Assembly: GCF_009914755.1 (NCBI RefSeq) | Contig: NC_060927.1 | Source: the human T2T-CHM13v2.0 reference genome, Homo sapiens | Direction: 5' to 3' (one strand) | Length of the DNA stretch: 64,000 nucleotides | Shown: positions 1 to 12,519 of the stretch, one piece after another | Position numbering within the stretch: the stretch's first letter is position 1 | Layout of the letters: the number at the start of each line of letters is the position of its first letter | The notes under the pieces: model-generated | Seen by the model: the letters and a program-made list of their open reading frames with translations, nothing else | The model's database searches: none | Told to the model about the DNA's origin: nothing | Made by a program: the position numbers and the translations under genes

Positions 1-262
1 TGAAATGTGATATAGTAAGTATTATGAAACATAGGTAGACAAGAAGTAGGTATGTCCATTTGTCTATCTATCGATCTACCAATCATCTACGTTTTGATCT
101 ATCATCTATTAACTCCCTTATGGCAGAAGTGACTTAGATGAATAAACATATAGTATTTTATTAATAATATTACTCTACAAATTAAAAAAAGCTACTAAAC
201 TTTTTTATTATCAGATGAAATTTATTTAAAATATGAGATTTCTTATAAAATTATGTTATTAT

Positions 263-482
263 CAGGGTATCCAATATTTTGGCTTCCCTGGGCCATGTTG
301 GATGAAGAATTGTGTTGGGCCATACATAAAATACACTAACACTAACACTAACTAATTAGCTAAAAAAAAAATCTCAAAACAATCTGATAATGTTTTAAGA
401 AAGTTTACAAATTTGTGTTGGGCTACATTCAAAGCCATCCTGGGCCACATGCAGCCCGCCGGCTGCACGTTGGACAAGCTTG
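263..482 (+). mobile_element. MER30-like hAT-Charlie non-autonomous DNA transposon
   Basis: Starts cagggtatccaatattttggcttccctgggcc and ends ggctgcacgttggacaagcttg, matching the recalled MER30 consensus end to end. Confidence 0.85.
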
Positions 483-1128
483 TTATAAGGTAAAATAAAT
501 TCTTAAAAGCAATTCTGTTTTAGATGAAAGTATTTAATCCATTTCCTCAGGAAAAAAGAAAAAAAACCATCTTTTTCTCTTTTTTGGGGGGAGTACTAAT
601 CCTTCAATACAGTCATTTGTTTTTAAGTTTACTCATCCTTGGCAATATTCAGTGTTATTTGTGTTATCTTACTTATATCAAAATTGTGTGCATCCTTGTG
701 AGGTTTTAAATTCAAAATGGGGAGTTTTTTTCCATAGAGAATTTTTACTACAATTTGACTTGTAAGACACATCATCAGAGAAGACAGGAAAGTTTAACAT
801 TGAAACTTATTAAGTGCTAGTGGTACACTTTTCAGATTCATTAAGGGATTAAGATTTGTGTCCTTCTGGCTGTTTCAAATTTGGTGATACCTGCATTAAG
901 TTAAAAGTCCAAATTCCTACATAAATAAGAGAGGCAAGTTCTGTGATGCAACTGCTATAAGGAGCTGTCACTCCAACGTCAGTTCTGGAAGCACCAATTT
1001 AGTTGCATGTTATGAACTTTACAAGTGATATCTGGTAGGAAAAATAATTTTTTTAAAAAATTTTTTTCTTCACTTGGGTGGCAGTTAAATAAATGAGTGT
1101 TTTTTAAATAAATATATATTTTCATCTA

Positions 1129-1453
<325 letters not shown>

Positions 1454-2874
1454 TATATATTTCTTTTATACTTTTTAAATATGGATGTTATGTTTCACAA
1501 TAAAAATATATGTATTTTGTAAATGGAAGGAAACCACAAGTATATTAGGAAAAAAAGAAGTACCTAGCAAAGCAAAATGAAATGTGAAATATAGTGAACA
1601 AAGAAAAATATTTAAATGAATAAAAACAATTAAAGAATGTTATTTCAGCCTAGAAGTACTATGCCCTTTCAATCTTTTAAACAGAGTACAGTGGACATAT
1701 TGATGGTTTATTATACAAGTCATGTATTTACCATCAGAAATGTCATGTATAAAGGATCAAAATATGTAATTAATAAGATTGGATCTGGACAATGTCATTT
1801 TACATGTACGATTTTACTATTTGCTGGTACAATGAACTACTTACATTTTGTCATTAAAATATGTATGCGTTTTGGAAAATACCTATATACAAACTAAATG
1901 TATTGAATAATAAAATAAAATACAAAAGTCATGGTCAATTTGTGTGCCCATTTCTTATAAAAATCTCTGTGGTTTAAGATCATTATTTATTGTAATTTTA
2001 GATACACAATTTAAAATTATGTAAATAATGGTACAATGTTGGCAGATAGTTGAGATTAAAAAAGCTCTTACTCATTCATCTAATTTAGGTTTTTAGAGCT
2101 TTACGTTCAATAAAAAAAATTTGAATCAATTCACATGTCACACATTCTATTGTTGAGGATCACCATATTCCATGTGATTCTTTAACACAGAAAACTATAA
2201 TATTAATATTATTTTTTATTTTATTCGTTCTTACTTGCAGTAATATTGCTTCTTTGTAATATTTGTAAACAAATCTATATGCATTCTATTCATATGTAAG
2301 AAATGCATTGCTGGTTATATTGGAAAAATAATTAGCTGGAAATATTCATGGCTAATGATAGTATACAACAGAATAACCAGTCTGATTGTACAGTCTGAAT
2401 TATTTGGTCAATAATTACATACACCAATCAGAAGTAAAGAAGGATTAAACTAATAGAGTGATCAATGCCTTAATATTACATAGATAATAATGACAACCAG
2501 AACAGTGTTGTGAATCATATTATCAAATGCTTATTCTGGGCACAAAAATACCAATTTTATTTCAATTATTTCTGAAAAATTTCAGAAATAGAAGTAGCTC
2601 TTGCAACAAAGCATGAGACATATAGCTGTCAGGTAGTTTACTTCAGGTGATAGTTATTGTCAATTTATCACTGTCCAAATTACTGTCAGTCAAAATGTGC
2701 TCTTAACTGTGATGATGAGTCAGTCTCCTGTGGAGAGAAATGCATAGTTTAATTCACAAAATTTATAGAAAATGTAAAAGCTTATAAGTTAATATGAAAG
2801 AAAAAATACTATTTGAAAATTGGTAATTTGACTAAGACTTTCTCTATCTCTAAACTAATGAGAAGTTAAATTAA

Positions 2875-3181
<307 letters not shown>

Positions 3182-3234
3182 AGAGTAGTAGATAAAGAAT
3201 ACTGCTTTAAAATATATATTTTTTGTAATTTTTT

Positions 3235-3887
3235 CTTTTTTTATTTTCTTTCATATTTGTTTAGTGCGTGCAGCGTGATTGACATTTTCATGCATATACA
3301 CATAGTGAAATGATCACTAGAGTCATGCAAATTAACATATTCATCTTCTCCCAGAGTGACCTTTTTTGTGTGTATGGTAGTAGGATCTGAAATCTACTCT
3401 TGTAGCAAATATCCAAAGTAAAATACAATATTATTAACTATAGTCACCATGCTGCACATTAGAGCTTTAGACTTATTCATCCTGTCTAACTACAACTTTG
3501 TACTTGTATAGCAATATCTCTCCATTTCCTCTCTCGCTGTCCCTGGTAAGGACTGATCTACTCTCTATGTATTAATTATTTTTAGATTCTACATATAAGT
3601 GAGATCACTCAGTATTTTTCTTTTTGTGTATGGCTTATTTCAATTAGCACAATGTCTTTCAGGTTCATCCATGTTATTTCAAATGGCAAGATCTCCTTTT
3701 TTAATGATGAATAATTTCTTTTCCATTCATCTGTTGATGGACGCTTAGGTTGTTTCCATATGTTGGCTATTGTGAATGATAATGCAATGAACATAGGAGT
3801 GCACATTACCTCCATGAATTATTGATTTAATTTTTTTCCAATGAAACAAAAAATCCTGGGTGTAATTCCAGAAGAGAAAATGCTGGA
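3235..3887 (-). mobile_element. Old L1 (L1MA8/9-like) 3' end and 3'UTR
   Basis: T-rich tail then antisense L1MA 3'UTR (attattaactatagtcaccatgctg..., ccattcatctgttgatggac); ORF 3609-3815 resembles the ORF2 C-terminus. Confidence 0.85.
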
Positions 3888-4910
3888 GCAACAACAATCT
3901 GTCCAAAAAAGAAGTCAAGAAAATTATTCCATTTATGATTGCATTCAAAAGAATTAAACACTTAGAAATAAACTTAATCAGGGAGATGAAAAATCTGTAC
4001 ACAGAGGAGCTAATAAACATTAATGAAAATAACTGAAAAATATACAAATAAATGGAAAGATATTCTGTTTATGGACTTGAATAACTCAAATTGTTAAAAT
4101 GTCCATTCTACCCAAAGCAATATATAGTTTCAGCACATCCCTATCAAAATTCCAGTAGCATTTTTCATATAAATAGAAAAATTCTAAAATCTGTATGGAA
4201 CCACAAAAGACCCTGAATAGTCAACGCAATCTTAAGAAAGAAGAACAAAATTGTAGGCATCACACTCCCTGATTTAAAATTTTATTACAAAACCCTAGTA
4301 ATCAAAACATTATGGTATTGGCATACAAACAGACACATGGAATAACAGAATAGAGAGTCCAGAAATAAATCCAGCCATATACAATCAACTGATTTTCAAC
4401 AAGAGCACCAAGAAGATATGATGTGGAAAGGACAGTATCTTTAATAAAGGTGTTGAGAAACCTGGATTTCCACATGGAAAAAAATTAGACCCTTATCCTA
4501 CACCATATGCAAAAATCAACTTCATCCAAAATGACAATCCGTCCAAAAAAGAAATCAAAAAAATAGTTTCATTTATGATTACATCAAAAAGAATGAGATA
4601 CCTAGATATATATTTAACTAGGGAGATGAAATCTGTACACTGAAAGCTAATAAGCATTAATGAAAATAATTGAAATGACACAAATAAATAGAAAAATATT
4701 CTGTTACGAATTGAAAAAGAGTTAAGACTTAATATAAGATGTGAAACCCTAAGGTACCCAGAAGGAAGCATAGGGGAGAAGCTTCTTGACATTGGCCTTG
4801 GCAATCATATTCTTTTGCATATTACACTGAAAATTCACATAACAAAATAAAAAATAAACAAGTAGCACTACTTCAAACTAAAAAGCTTCCACATAGTAAT
4901 GAAAATAATT

Positions 4911-5182
4911 GGCCGGGTGTGGTAACTCATGCCTGTAATTCCAGCATTTTGGGAAGAGGCTGACACAGGGAGAAATTGTCCAGGACTTGGAGACAAGCAT
5001 AGGCAATATAGTAAGACCTCTGCTCTACAGAAATTTTAAAAATTAGCTGAGTGTTGTGGCTCATGCCTGTAGTCCCAGCTACTCAGGAGGCTGTTGTGGG
5101 AAGATCACTTGAGCCCAGGAGACAGAGATCATAGTGAGCCAAGATTGTACCTCTAAACTCCAGTCTGGATGAGAACAAGACA
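4911..5182 (+). mobile_element. AluJ-type
   Basis: Starts ggccgggtgtggtaactcatgcc; J-type ggaagatcacttgagcccagg; diverged. Confidence 0.9.
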
Positions 5183-5402
5183 GAAAAGAAAAAAAGAAAG
5201 CATGACAGAAAGAAAGAAAGAGAGGGAGAGAGAGAGACCGAGAGAGAGAAAGAAAGGGAGAGAGAAAGGAAGGAAGGAAAAGAAAGAGAAAGAGAGGGAA
5301 AGAAAGAAAAAGAGAAGGAAAAGAAATGAAGATGAAAGGAAGGAAAGAAAAGAGGAAGAAAGAAAGAAGAAAAGAAAATAGAAAGAAAAGAAAAGACAAA
5401 AC
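5183..5402. repeat. GA-rich purine tract (expanded Alu tail; GAAA/GA/GGAA)
   Basis: ~220 bp of almost only A/G directly after the AluJ. Confidence 0.95.
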
Positions 5403-5575
5403 AATACAAGACAACTTACAGATTGGGAGAAAATATTTGCTAACTGATATCTGATAGGAGGCTAATATCCAAATAGGTAAATAACTCATACAACTCAATA
5501 AACAACCGAAATGAAAAATAGGCAAAGGATCTGAATAGACATTTTTTCAAAGAAGACATAAAAATAGCCAATAGG

Positions 5576-5840
5576 ATGTTAAGGTCTCCCACTATTATTG
5601 TGTGGGAGTCTAAGTCTCTTTGTAGGTATCTAGGAACTTGCTTTATGAATCTGGTGCTCCTGTATTGGGTGCATATATATTTAGCTCTTCTTGCTGCATT
5701 GATCCCTTTACCATTATGTAATGCCCTTCTTTGTCTCTTTTGATCCTTGTTGGTTTAAAGTCTGTTTTATCAGAGATTAGGATTGCAACCCCTGCTTTTT
5801 TTTTTGCTTTCCATTTGCTTGGTAGATATTCCTCCATCCC
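5576..5840 (-). mobile_element. Inverted 5' segment of L1PA7/8-like element (ORF2 endonuclease region)
   Basis: Reverse complement encodes ...KKKAGVAILISDKTDFKPTRIKRDKEGHYIMVKGS..., the L1 EN domain. Confidence 0.93.
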
Positions 5841-8800
5841 CACTGCCAATAATAGACAGATCAACAAGACAGAAAATTAACAAGGATATTCAGGACTTGA
5901 ACTCAGATCTGGACCAAGCAGATCTAATAGACATCTACAGAACTCCCCATTGCAAATCAACAGAATATACATTCTTCTGAGCACCACATCACATTTATTC
6001 TAAAATTGACCACAGAATTGGAAGTAAAACACTCCTCAGCAAATGCAAAATAACGGAAATTGTAACAAACAGTCTCTCAGACGACAATGCAATCAAATTA
6101 GAACTCAAGATTAAGAAACTCACTCAAAACCGCAGAAATACTGAACAACCTGCTCCTGAACGACTACTGGGTAAATAATGAAATGAAGGCAGAAATAAAA
6201 ATGTTCTTTGAAACCAACAAGAATGAATACACAACGTACCAGAATCTCTGGGACACATTTAAAGAAGCGTGTAGAGGGAAATTTATAGAACTAAATGCCC
6301 TCAAAAGAAAGCAGGAAAGATCTAAAACTGACGTGCTAACATCAAAATTAAAAGAACTAGAGAAGCAAGGCAAACAAATTCAAAAGCTAGCAGAAAACAA
6401 GAAATAACTAAGATCAGAGCAGAAGTGAAGGATATAGAGACATGAAAAACCCTTCAAAAAACCATGAGTCCAGGAGCTGGTTCTTTGAAAAGATCAACAA
6501 AATAGATAGACTGCTAGCCAGACTAATAAAGAAGAAAAGAGAGAAGAATCAAATAGACACAATGAAAAAAATGATATAGGGGATATCACCACTGATCCCA
6601 CAGAAATACAAACTGCCATCTAGGGAAATAACTAGAAAACCTAGAAGAAATGGATAAATTCCCGGACACATACACCCTCCCAATTCTAAACCAGGAAGAA
6701 GTCAAATCCATGAATAGACCAATAACAAGTTCTGAAATTGAGGCAGTAATTAATAGCCTACCAACCAAAAAAGTCCAGGACCAGACAGATTCAGAGCTGA
6801 ATTCTACCAGAAGTACAAAGAGGAGCTGGTAACATTCCTTCTGAAACTAGTCCAAACAATAGAAAAAGAGGGAATCCTCCCTAACTCATTTTATGAGGCC
6901 AGCATCATCCTGGCCCAAAACCTGGCAGAGACACAACAAAAAAAGAAAACTTCAGGCCAATATCCCTGATGAACATGAATGTGAAAATCCTCAATAAAAT
7001 ACTGGCAAACCAAATCCCGCAGCAAATCAAAAAGCTTATCCACCAAGACGAAGTTGGCATCATACCTGGAATGCAAGGCTGGTTCAACATACACAGATCA
7101 ATAAACATAATCCATCACATAAACAGAACCAATGACAAAAACCACAAGACTATCTCAATAGATGCAAAAAAGGCCTTTGACAAAATTCGACACCCCTTCA
7201 TGCTAAAAACTCTCATTAAACTAGGTATTTTTGGAACATATCTCAAAATAATAAGAGCTATTTATGACAAACTCACAGCCAATATCTTACTGAATGGGCA
7301 AAAACTGGAAGCATTCCCTTTGAAAGATGGCACAAGAAAAGGATGCCCTCTCTCATCACTCCTATTCAACATAGTGTTGGAAGTCCTGGCCAGGGCAATC
7401 AGGCAGGAGAAGGGAATAAAGGGCATTCAATTAGGAAAAGAGGAAGTCAGATTGTCCCTGTTTGCAGATGACATGATTGTATATCTAGAAAACCCCATCG
7501 TCTCAGCCCAAAATCTCCTTAAGCTGATAGGCAACTTCAGCAAAGTCTCAGGATACAAAATCACTGTGCAAAAATCACAAGCATTCTTATACACCAATAA
7601 CAGACAAACAGAGAGCCAAATCATGAGTGAATTCCCATTCACAATTGCTTCAAAGAGAATAGAATACCTAGGAATCCAACTTACAAGAGATGTGAAGGAC
7701 CTCTTCAAGGAGAACTACAAACCACTGCTCAATGAAATAAAAGAGGATACAAACAAATGGAAGAACATTCCATGCTCATGGGTAGGAAGAATCAATATTG
7801 CGAAAATGGCCATACTGCACAAAGTAACTTATAGATTCAATGCTATCCCCATCAAACTACCACTGACTTTCTTCACAGAATTGAAAAAAAAATACTTTAA
7901 AGTTAATACACCACCAAAAAAGAGCCCTCATAGCTAAGACAATCCTAAGCAAAAAGAACAAAGCTGAAAGCATCACACTACCTGACTTCAAACTACACTA
8001 CAAGGCTACAGTAACCAAAACAGCATGGTACTGGTACCAAAACAGATGTATAGACCAATGGAACAGAACAGAAATCTCAGCACTAACACCAAACATCTAC
8101 AACCATCCTTTCTTTGACAAACCTGACATAAGCAAGCAATGTGGAAAAGATTTCCTATTTAATAAATGGTGTTGGGAAAACTGGCTGGCCATGTGCAGAA
8201 AACTGAAACTGGACCCCTTCCTTACACCTTATACAAAAATCAACTCAAGATGGATTAAAGACTTAAATGTAAGACCTAAAACCATACAAATCCTAGAAGA
8301 AAACCTGGGCAATACCATTTAGGACATAGGCATCAGCAAAGACTTTATATCTAAAACACCAAAAGCAATGGCAACAAAAGCCAAGACTGACAAATGAGAT
8401 CTAATTAAACTAAAGAGCTTCTGCACAGCAAAAGAAACCATCATCACAGTGAACAGGCAACCTACAGAATAGGAGAAAATGTTTGCAATCTATCCATCTG
8501 GCAAAGGGCTAATATCCAGAATCTACAAAGAATTTAAACAAATTTACCAGAAAAAATCAAACAACCCCATCAAAAAGTGGGCAAAGGATATGAACAGACA
8601 CTTCTCAAAAGAAGACATTTATGCAGCCAACAAATATATGAAAAAATGCTCATCATCACTGGTCATTAGAGAAATGCAAATCAAAATCACAATTTGATAC
8701 CATCTCACACCAGTTAGAATGGTGATCATTAACAAGTCAGGAAACAACAGATGCTGGAGAAGATGTGGAGAAATAGGATCACTTTTACACTGTTGGTGGG

Positions 8801-9420
8801 AGTGTAAATTAATTCAACAATTCTGGAAGACAGTGTGGCAATTCCTCAAGGATCTAGAACTAGAAATACCATTCGACCCAGCAATCCCATTACTGGGTAT
8901 ATACCTAAAGGATTATAAATCATTCTACTACAAAGACACATGCACATGTATGTTTATTGTGGCACTATTCACAATAGTAAACACTTGGAAACAATCCAGA
9001 TGTCCATCAATGATAGACTGGATAAAGAAAATGTGGCACATATACACCATGGAATACAATGCAGCCATAAAAAAGGGATGAGTTCATGTCCTTTGCAGGG
9101 ACATGGATGAAACTGGAAGCCATCATTCTCAGCAACTTATCACAAGAACAGAAAACCAAACACTGCATGTTCTCACTCATAAGTGGGAGTTGAAGAAGGA
9201 GAACACATGGACACAGGGAGGGTAACATCACACACTGGGTACTGTTGCGGGATGGGAGGCTAGGGGAGGGATAACATTAGGAGAAATACCTAATGTAGGT
9301 GATGGGTTGATGGGTGCAGCACACCACCATAGCAGGTGTATACCTATGTAACAAAACTGCACATTCTGCACATGTACCCCAGAACTTAAAGTATAATTAA
9401 AAAGAATAAAAATAAATAAT
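5841..9420 (+). mobile_element. L1PA7/8-like LINE-1: ORF2 body, 3'UTR and poly-A (5'-truncated, 5'-inverted)
   Basis: Continuous L1 ORF2 with frameshifts and stops; ends gtaccccagaacttaaagtataat plus A-rich tail; TSD aaaatagccaatagg (5561-5575) / aaaatgaccaatagg (9453-9467). Confidence 0.95.
6969..7937 (+). pseudogene. L1 ORF2p reverse-transcriptase fragment (non-functional)
   Basis: 322-aa ORF with RT motifs [30 protein letters not shown] and YLGIQLT; flanked by frameshifts. Confidence 0.93.
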
Positions 9421-10402
9421 TAAATACAATGTGAACTATCTCCCCTCTAAAAAAAATGACCAATAGGTACATGTAAAGTGCTCAACATCACTAATCATCA
9501 GGGAAATTGAAGGAAAAACCCAGTGAGATATCACTTAACACATGTTAGGCAGGCTATTATCAGAAAAGACAAGAAATTACGGATGCTGGCAAGCATATGG
9601 AGGTTTCTCAAAATATTAAAAATAAAATATAGTGTATTAATGGAAAATTTGAAGTATAGCAAGATCAACAGTTCAGGCGATGATTGCCACTAATAAAAAC
9701 GGTTTATTATTACTTTAAATAATAAAACTAAGCAATTTATCTTATTCACGAATTGATCTTCATTGACTATGAACATGTCAGCATTTTTTCTTTAGTTGAA
9801 CATAACATTCTCTATAAATTTCCATTTATTTATGCAGAATGAATTTCATTTCTAAATACAATATAATTAGGAGATAAACTCTCAACAATTTAGTTTTAAA
9901 GATAATTACAAAACCTTTTTAGGTTTAAATGGTAGCACTGTTTTATAAATAAATGAATTATGACTATAAGAATTTACTGGTATAGTATAACTGGGAGTTA
10001 TTTCTTGAAGTCAAAGCATTAAGGAAAATTCAATTGGAATATCATCAGGCCAATAATTAAATCTCATAACGATTTAGGTTAATTGGTTTAAACATAAGTT
10101 TGAAGTATGCAATACTTTAAAAGTAATATTGTTTCGTTATTATTTTCAAAGAATGACAACAAACTAACTGCTAACAGCTTCTTGTTAGAACGATATTCTG
10201 CCAGATATCTAACTTTAGTGAACACTAAATATTTAGGGAAAATTAACACATTGTTATATGCAAAATTAAAACATTAATCTATATATCACACTACGAACTA
10301 GACAATTATGTCCTTTTCCCAGTTTAAACACTTATCCTGCTATATCACATACATATATTTATATACGTGTGTGCATATATATACATATATTTAAATTTTA
10401 AG

Positions 10403-10699
10403 TTTTTTTTCTTTTTTTTGAGACGGAGTCTCACCCTGTCACCCAGGCTGGAGTGCAATGGTGCGATCCCGGCTCACTGAAACCTCGCCTCCTGGGTTCA
10501 AGGGATTCTCCTGCCTCAGCCTCCCAAGTAGCTGGTATTTTAAGTGTGCACCACCGTTCCTGGATAATTTTTTGTATCATTAGTAGAGATGGGGTTTCAC
10601 TATGTTGGCAAGGCTGGTCTTGAACTCCTGACCTCATGATCCACCCGCCTTAGCCTCCCAAAGTGCTGGGATTACAGGAGTGAGCCACTGCACCCGGAC
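10403..10699 (-). mobile_element. Alu (AluS-type), full length
   Basis: Antisense Alu; TSD aaattttaag (10393-10402) / aagttttaag (10700-10709). Confidence 0.96.
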
Positions 10700-11279
10700 A
10701 AGTTTTAAGCACTTCTTATTTTTAACTGCACATATTAAATCTGTGTTTGTATTATCACATATCTTTAATTTATGGAATCAAAATCAATTGGAGATTAATC
10801 CCGTCTATGATTTTTAATTCAATGCAATTTTTAATAAAATCACTCTTCTCATCACATTATGCAAATTTATCCAGAGATTGATAGGTGGATGAAAATAAAT
10901 CTAAATAATTATTCAACAAGATTAAATAATTTCTAATTCATAATTAGAGTTACCATGATACGTGGGAAATAGATTTTACTAAAATGTTCAGTTTCCATTT
11001 AAGCCAGTAAATCTTTGATTTCTTTATTTTTAGTAATTTAGAAGTATATCTATTTCTCTATATAAGTTTATGTCTACTCATATATGCTATCCCAGGGTGA
11101 TTATCTGCTAGCTATGAAAATATTTAATTCTCAATGTGAGGAGGTAAATATGCTTTTAAAGTAAAATAATCATAAGTGGGATGTATTAGGTCAATCTAAT
11201 ATTTTATGTATTTAATATTTTCTTATAAAATTATTCTATATAAAGTATACTTCTTTTTCTTATTATTTCTTGTTTTTTC

Positions 11280-11293
11280 CTCTTTCTTCTTTC

Positions 11294-11326
<33 letters not shown>

Positions 11327-11335
11327 TTTCTTTCT
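11280..11335. repeat. (TTTC)n microsatellite
   Basis: Visible tandem tttc run. Confidence 0.9.
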
Positions 11336-11525
11336 GTTATATTTTAAGGTTAATGTACAATGTTACTTTTTATCTCCACTGACAAATGAAAATAAATGGC
11401 ATTAGATCTGAAAGTCTGCCCACAGCCCTAATTCCATTATTTGGATTCCTTTTAATGTTTTCATATGTTCCATTTAGAATTGGTTGCACTTCGGAATGTT
11501 TTGTATGTAGAAATGTGTAAGATAT

Positions 11526-11736
11526 TCCATTGATCTATTTATCTGTTTTGGTACTAGTTCCATGCTGTTTTGGTTACTTTAGCCTTGTAGTATAGTTTGA
11601 AGTCAGGTAGCATGATGCCTCCAGCTTTGTTCTTTTTGCTTAGGATTGTCTTGGCTATGTGGGCTCCTACCTATGTAACAAACCTGCACACTGTGCACAT
11701 GCACCCTAGAAATTAAAGAATAATACTAATGAAAAA
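11526..11736. mobile_element. Miniature 5'-inverted L1PA insertion (~140 bp antisense ORF2, ~55 bp sense 3' end, A-tail)
   Basis: Perfect 17-bp TSD agaaatgtgtaagatat at 11509-11525 and 11737-11753. Confidence 0.92.
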
Positions 11737-12029
11737 AGAAATGTGTAAGATATAATTCAGCTTGCCTCCTGGAAGCAGATGTATTTCTAACACCTGTCAC
11801 GTCCTCTGGAGGGAGTAGCATTTATATGGTTCTCTCTTTGTCTGCAATCTGACACCCTCTCTCAGGGAAGTGATCAGACAGCATCCCAGGAGATGGATGT
11901 GGCCAGCCCCTCACAAGGAGATGTTTCTACCAAGTATTAGTGTATCTGCAGAATTTATCCTCACTGATAAGTGCCTAATCATCCTGCTGTTTAGGTTTTA
12001 ATTAGTAATTTCAAAAAACTAGTAAAACA

Positions 12030-12500
12030 TTCTGGGATTAATCAATCTTAAACAGAGAAGTTTAATGTAAAAAATTATTAAGCCACAATAGGAGAATAAC
12101 TGCAAAAATGAAAGAAGACTCTCAAGGATATCCTAGGTCTAAAGAAAGAGCAGCCAAAAAGGGATAAAGTTGGAAGAGATTTCAGAACTTATTGACGAAG
12201 GCGTGGTTGCACCCCTCTGCATGGTGGAACTTTGGGGAACTGCTTTATAGTTGTTAGGCCAGTAGAAAGAACCTTCTGGGGTACAGATGAGTCAAGGCTG
12301 GTAGGTGGTCTGCAGAGGGAATGAGAATGCCACTGCGGGTTCCAGGCCTAGATCACAGGAATCTAATACACTTCTGTGTAAAGCTTGGGCTGGACTGGGT
12401 CAGGCCAATCTGGAGAATGAAACTCTAGATGAGATCCTTCTAATTCATCAGTTCCTGCAGGGCCCTGCAGTGGAAATACTTGGAGCTAAGGAAAGTCTAA
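12030..12500. mobile_element. Probable old ERVL-class LTR remnant (family unassigned)
   Basis: GC-richer, LTR-like composition with a tttaat (antisense polyA-like) motif near the start; no firm consensus match. Confidence 0.3.
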
Positions 12501-12519
12501 TGGTCAGGGACCTGGGCTC

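Larger units (their letters stand above)
3888..9628 (+). mobile_element. Old L1MA ORF2 segment (inverted 5' part of the element at 3235-3887), interrupted by an AluJ and an L1PA
   Basis: Degenerate ORF2 at 3888-4910, 5405-5575 and 9450-9628; the pieces read continuously across the insertions. Confidence 0.8.

Noticed and set aside
5079-5525. Hydrophobic and K/R/E-rich ORFs
   Set aside because: Translations of the GA-rich Alu tail
6969-7937. Reverse transcriptase as part of a novel system (retron/DGR-like)
   Set aside because: Ordinary LINE-1 ORF2 fragment within a frameshifted, truncated L1PA
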